From: the human T2T-CHM13v2.0 reference genome, Homo sapiens
Strand: one strand, 5' to 3'
Assembly (NCBI RefSeq): GCF_009914755.1
Contig: NC_060943.1
Length of the DNA stretch: 64,000 bases
Below the pieces are notes generated by a model that saw only the letters and a program-made list of their open reading frames with translations, searched no databases and had not been told where the DNA came from. This document shows, piece by piece, positions 57,301 to 64,000 of the stretch (position 1 is its first letter; every line of letters begins with the position of its first letter). The translations under genes were made by a program, and so were the position numbers.

Positions 57301-60300
57301 GATCACTGTCACCCACTCGTTCATCACAGTAGAAATATATTCACTGTCACCATCTAATTCACCACAGTGGGAACCTGTTCCCTGACAGCCACTCATTCCA
57401 CAGTGGGAAACTGTTCACTCTCACCCACTCATTCACTACAGTGGGAATCTGTTCACTGTCACCCACTCATTCACTACAGTGAGATCCTGTTCACTCACAT
57501 GCACTCACTCATCACAGTGGGAGCCTGTTCACTATCAGCCACAGTGGGAACTTGATTACTCTCACCAACTCTTTCACCACAGTGGGAAACTGTTCACTCT
57601 CATCCACTCATTTACCACATCAGGAACCTGTTGATTGTCACCCACTCATTCATCACAGTAGGAAACTGTTCACTGTCACACACTCATTTATCACAGGGGG
57701 AACATGGTCACTCTCACTCATTCATTCACCACAGTGGAGACCTGTTCACTGTCACCCACTCATTCACTACAGTGAGATCCTGTTCACTCACACGCACTCA
57801 CTCATCACAGTGGCAACCGATTCACTCTAAACCACTCATTCACCACAGTGCGAATTCGTTCAGTGTCAGCCAATCACGCATCACAGTGGTACCCTGTTCA
57901 CTGTCGGGTTGTCATTCACCAGAGCGGGAATCTGTTCACTCTCACCCACTCATTCACCATATCGGGAACCTGTTGATTTTCACCCACTCATTCATCACAG
58001 TAGGAACCTGTTCACTGTCACACACTCATTTATCACAGTGGGAAACTGTTCACTCTCATTCACTCACCAGAGTGGGAACCTGTTCACTCTCACAAACTAT
58101 TCCACCAAAGTGGGAACCTGTTCACTCTCACCCACTCATTCACCACATCGGGAACCTCTTGTCATCCACTCATTCATCACAGTAGGAACCTGTTTACTGT
58201 CACACACTCATTTATCACTGTGGGAACCTGTTCACTCTCACTCTCTCACTCATCACAGTGGAAACCTGTTAACTCTCAGCCACTCATTCACCACATTGGA
58301 AACCTATTCACTGTCACCCACTCATTCATCACAGTGGGAACCTGTTAACTGTCACCCACCCTTCATTACAGAAGGAACCTGTTCACTGTCACCCACTCAT
58401 TTATCTCCAGTGGGAACCTGCTCACTGTCAGCCACTCATTCATCACAATGGGAACCTGCTCACTGTCACCCACTCATTCATCACAGTGGAAACTTGTTCA
58501 CTCTCACTCACACATTCATCAGATTGGGAACCTATTCACTGGCACCCACTCACTCATCATAGTAGGAACCTGCTCAGTGTCACCCACTCACTCACAAGTG
58601 TGAAAACCTGTTCACTGTCAGTCCATCATTCATCACATTGGGAACCTGTAAACTGTCAGCTACTCATTCATCACAGTGGGAACCTTTTCACTGTCACCCA
58701 CTCATTCATCACACTGGCAAGCTATTCATTGTCATCCACTCACTCATCACAGTGGAAAGCTGTTCACTGTCATCCAATCACTCATCATAGTGGGAACCTG
58801 TTCACTCTCAGCCACTCATTCACCACAGTGGGAACCTATTCACTCTGACCCACTCAGTCACCATGTGGTAATCTGTTGACTGTCACCCACTCATTCATCA
58901 CAGTGGGAACCTTTTCACTGTCATTCACTGATTCATCACAGTGGGAACCTGTTCACTCTCACATACTCACTAGTCACGTTTTGAACATGTGCACTGTAAG
59001 CCACTCGTTCATCACATTGAGAACCTGTTCACTCTCACCCACTTATTCAACACAGTGGGAACCTGTTCATTGTCACCCACACATTCATTACAGGAAGAAC
59101 TTGTTAACAGTAACACACTCTTTCATCACAGTGGGAAACTGTTCACTGTCAGCCATTCATTCACCACAGTGGTAACCTGCTTACTGTCAGCCACTCACTC
59201 ACCGCAGTGAAAACCTGTTCACTGTCACCCACCTGATGACCTGAGTAGAAACTTGTTTACTTGCAGTCACTCATTCACCACAGTGGGAAATTTCATTGTC
59301 ACCCACTCATTCTCAAAAGTGGGAACCAGTTCGCTGTCACCTACTTGTTCACCGCAGTCGAAACCTGTTCATGGTCAGCCCCATGGTGATGACAGTGGGA
59401 ACCTGTTTACTTTCAGCCACTCATTCAACAAAGCAGGAACCAGTTCTTTGTCACCCACTCATTCATCACAGTGAGAACGTGTTCACTGTCATCCGCTCAT
59501 TCATCACAGTGGGAACTAGTTCACTGTCAACCACTCACTCATCTCAGTGGGAACCTGTTCACTGTCATTCACTCATTCATCACAGTGAGAACATCCTGTA
59601 TTTCAGCCACTCATTCTCCACTGTGGGAACAAGTTCACTGTCACCCACTCATTCACCTTAGTAGGAACCTGTTCACTATCAGCCACTCAGTCACCACAGT
59701 GGGAACCATTTTACTGTCAGCCAGTCACTCATCATAGTGGGAACCTGCTCACTGTCACTTTCTCATTCTTCCCTGCGGGAACCTGTTTACTGTCACCCAC
59801 TGATTCACCACAGTGGGAACCTGTTCACTGTCACTCACTCATTCATTACAGTGGAAAACTGTTCCCTGTCACCCACGCACTCATTACATGAGGAACTTGT
59901 TCACTGTCACCCACTCATTCATCACAGTTGGAATCTGTTCACTCTCACCTATGCATTCACCACAGTGGGAAAATTTTAACTGTTACCCACTCATTCATCA
60001 AAGTGAAAACCTGTTCACTCTCACCCACTCATTTACGACAATGGGAACCAGCTCACTGTCACCCACCTGTTCATCACAATGGGAACCTGTTCACTGTCAA
60101 ACACTCATTTATTGCAGGAAGAACCTGTTCACTGTCACACACTCTTTCATTACACTGGGAACCTGTTCACTGTCACGCACTCATTCATTAGAGTTGGAAC
60201 CTGGTGACTGTAACCCACACATTAATTGCAGTGGGAACTTATTCACTGTCAGTCACTAATTTGCCACAGTGGGAACCAGTTCACTGTCACCCACTAGTTA

Positions 60301-63300
60301 ACCACAGTAGAAACCTGTTAACAGTCAGCAACTCACTCATCACAGTGGGAAGCTGTTCCGTGTTAGCCACTCATTCATGACAGTGAATACCTGTTCACTG
60401 TCACCCACTTATTTATCACAGGAGTAACTTAATTACTGTTACCCACGCATTCACCACAGTAGAAACCTGTACACTGTCACCCACTCATTCGCCCCAGTGT
60501 GAACCGGTTCAATATCAGCCACTCATTCATCACAGTGAGAACCTGTTCCCTGTCAGCTTCTCATTCATCACAGTTGGAACCTGTTCACTGTCACCCACTC
60601 ATTCACCAAAGTGGGAAACTGTTTACTGTCACTCACTTATTCATCACAATGGGAACCTTTTCACTGTCACCCACACATTCATTACATGAGGAACCTGTTC
60701 ACCATCACCCACTCATTCATTACAGTGGGAACCTGTTCACTGTCAGCCACTCATTCACAAGAGTGGGAACCTGTTCACTGTCACCAACTCATTTACCACA
60801 GCAGAAATCTGTTCACTGCCACCAACTTACTCATCACAGTGGGAATCTGTACACTGTCCGCCACTCATTCATCACAGTGGGTACCCGTTCACTGTCACCC
60901 ACTCATTCATTACAGAAGGAACCTGCTCATTGTCACCCACTCGTTCACCACAGTAGAAACTTGTTCACTGTCACCCACACATTCACCATATTGGGAAAGT
61001 GTTCACTGTCAGCCACTCAATCATCACACTGGAAACCTGTTCACTGTCAGACACTGATTCACCATAGTAGCAACCAGTTCACTGTTACCCACTCATTCAC
61101 CACGATGGAACCTCTTCACTGTAAGCCACTTATTTATCACAGTGCAAAGCTGATCACTGTCAGCCACTCATTTACCTCAGTAGAAACCAGTTTACTGTCA
61201 CCCACTCACCACACTTGGAAACTGTTCACTGTCACTGAGTCACTCATCAGAGTGGGAACGTGTTTACTGTTACACACTCATTCATCACAATGGGAACCTG
61301 TTCAATGTCAGCCACTCATTCACCACAGTGGGAATTTGTTCACTCTCATTCACACATTCACCACAGTGATAACCTTTTAACTGTTAGCCACTCATTCACC
61401 ACAGTGGGACCTGTTCTTTTCACCCACTCATTCATCACTGTGAGAACCAGTTCACTCTCATCAACTCACTCATCACATTGGGATTCTGTTCAGTGTCAGC
61501 CACTCATTCATCACAGTGTGAAACTGCTCACTGTGAGTCATGCATTCACCACAGTGGCACCCTGTTCACTGTCACCAACTCTTTCACCACAGTAAAAACC
61601 TGTTCACTGTCACACACTCACTCATCACTGTGGATACCTGTTCACTGTCAGACACTCATTCATCACAGGGGGAGCCTGTTCATTTTCACCAGCGTATTGA
61701 TCACAGTGGAAACCTGTTCAGACACTCATTCACCATAGCGGAAAACAGTTCAGTTTCACTCACTTGTTTACCGCAGTAGAAACCCGTACATTGTCAGCCA
61801 CTCAGTCACCACTGTGGGAACTTGTTTATTGTCAGCCACTCAGTCATCACGTGAAAAATTGTTTACTGTCACCCACTCATTCATCACAGTGGGAACCTGT
61901 TCCACGTTACCCCACCATTCACCACACTGGGAAACTCTTCTCTGTCGTCCTCCCATTCATCAGAGTGGGAACGTGTTCTATGTCATGCACTCATTCATTA
62001 CACCAGAAACCCGTTCACTGTTACCCACTCATTCTTCACAGTGGAAACCTGTTCACTGTCACCCACTCATTTACCACAGTGGGAACCTGTTCACTGTCAG
62101 TCACTAATTCATCACACTAAAAACTTATTCACTGTCAGCCACTCATTCACCACAGTGGGAGCCAGTTTACTGTCACCCAATAGCTCACCGCATTAAAAAC
62201 CTGTTCACTGTCAGCCACTCAGTCAACACAGTGAGAACCTGTTTACTGTCAGCCACTCATTCATCACTGTGGGAACGAGTTCACTGTCACCCACTCATTC
62301 ATCACAGTGAGAACCTGTTCACTGTCCCCACCTCATGCATCACAGTGGTAACCTGTTCACTGTCACCCACTCACTCACCACAGGGGGTACGTGTTCACTG
62401 TCACCCACTCATTCACCACAGCGGGAACCTGTAAACTGTAACACACTCAGTCATCACAGTAGGAACTTGTTCACTTTTAGCCACTCATTCACCTCAGTGG
62501 GAACCTGTTCACTGTCACCCACACATTTATCACAGTAGAAACGTTTTCACTGTCAACCACTCACTCATCAGAGTTAAGAATCTGTTCACTGTCAGCCACT
62601 CACTCATCACAGTGGGTACCTGTTCACTGTCAACCACTCACTCATCTCATCGGGAACCTGTTCACTGTCACCCAGTCATTCATCACAGAGGGAACATGTT
62701 AAATGTCAGCCACTCATTCACCACAGTGGGAACTTGTTCACTGTCACTCTTTCACCACAGTGGGAACATGTCCCCTGTCAGCCACTCATTCTCCACAGTA
62801 GGAACCGGTTCAGTCTCTCCAACTCACTTATCATGGTTGGAAACTTTTCACTGTCACCCTCTCATTGACCATATTGGGAACCTGTTCACTCTCACCTACT
62901 CACTCATTACAATGAGTACCTGTTCAATGTTAGCCACTCATTCACCACAGTGTGAACCTGTTCAGTGTCACCCACTCACTCATCACAATGAGAACCTGTT
63001 CACTGTCACACACTCACCACATTGGGAACCATATCACTCTCACCCACTCATTCACCACAGTGGGAGCCTGTTCTCTGTCACACACTTATTTATCAGTGTT
63101 TGAACCTGTTCTCTGTCACCCACTCACTCATCAGAGTGAGAACTTGTTTGCTGTTACCCACTTAATAACCACACTGTGAACCTATTCATGGTCTCACACT
63201 CACTCATCACAGTGGAAAACTGTTCACTGTTACCACACATTCACCAGAGTGGGGAACTTTTCACTGTCAGGCACGCAATCACCACAATGGGAACTTGTTC

Positions 63301-64000
63301 GCTCTCACCCACTCACTCACCACCCTGGGAATATATTTATTGTCACCCACTTATTCATCAACGTGGAAACCTGTTCACTCTCACCCACTCATTTATGACA
63401 GTGAGAACCAGTTCACTGTCATCCACCTATTCATCATAGTGGAAACCTGTTCACTGTCACCCACTCGTTTATTACAGAAGGAACCTATTCACTATCACAC
63501 ACTCATCACAGTGGGAACCTGTTCACTGCCAAGCACTCATTCATTACAGAAGGTACCTGTTGACTGTGATTCACACATTCATCACTGCGGGAACTTGTTC
63601 ACTGTCAGTCACTCATTCAAACCAGTTCACTTTCACCCACCAGACCACCGCAGTAGAAACGTGTTCAGAGTCACCAACTCACTCATCAGAGTGGAAACCC
63701 GTTCAGTGTTAGCCACTCATTCATCACAGTCAACACCTGTTCACTGTCACCCACTTATTCATTACAGGAATAACTTAATCACCGCCACCCCCTTACTAAT
63801 TACAGTAGAAACCTGTACACTGTCATACACTTATTTACCCCAGTGGGATCATGTTCACTATCAGTCAGTCACTCATCACATGTGAACCTGTTCCCTGTAA
63901 GCCACTCATTCACCACAGTTGGAATGAGTTCGCTGTCACCATCTCCTTCAACTTAGTAGGAATCTGTTCACCATCAGCCACTCAGTCACCACAGTGGGAA
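48343..64000. repeat. 38-bp satellite array (~410 diverged units), of the type found in beta-satellite-associated blocks between 19p12 ZNF genes
   Basis: Consensus CACAGTGGGAACCTGTTCACTGTCACCCACTCATTCAT, continuous to the window end. Unit count = length/38. Family assignment from memory. Confidence 0.95.

Noticed and set aside
48597-63885. Dozens of His/Ser/Thr-rich plus-strand ORFs (up to 293 aa) with CHPLIHHSGN motifs that look zinc-finger-like
   Set aside because: They are translations of the 38-bp satellite, whose plus-strand consensus has no stop codon. All three frames give the same cycling peptide, with no CxxC-12-HxxxH spacing and no 84-bp period.
48343-64000. CRISPR-like array of palindromic ~38-bp repeats
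   Set aside because: Units are head-to-tail with no unique spacers, no cas genes, and the context is primate DNA.

Overview
Primate (human-like) genomic DNA with the architecture of the ZNF91-family KRAB zinc-finger cluster (19p12-type; the chromosome is inferred, not proven). No intact protein-coding gene is visible. A minus-strand KRAB-ZNF pseudogene of the ZNF93/ZNF253/ZNF737-like clade is present: promoter and exon 1 at ~45.0-45.3 kb, KRAB-A exon 21154-21280 and KRAB-B exon 20229-20317, with two stops and a frameshift. No C2H2 finger exon lies in the window. Intron 1 holds a BNIP3 processed pseudogene, an APOBEC3-type hypermutated HERV-I/LTR10 provirus, a solo AP-1-rich LTR10, two near-full-length L1PAs (one apparently copied from a spliced RNA) and many Alus. 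Upstream of the promoter a nested stack of Alu/LTR8/LTR25-like/HERV-H pieces ends abruptly at a >15.6 kb 38-bp satellite that runs off the window. The ORF-track hits I could assign are L1 fragments, Alu/LTR read-throughs or satellite artefacts. I found no evidence of a new multi-gene system; the interesting signals are mechanistic fossils and possible regulatory structures. Repeat subfamily and paralogue names come from remembered consensus sequences and need RepeatMasker/Dfam/BLAST confirmation.
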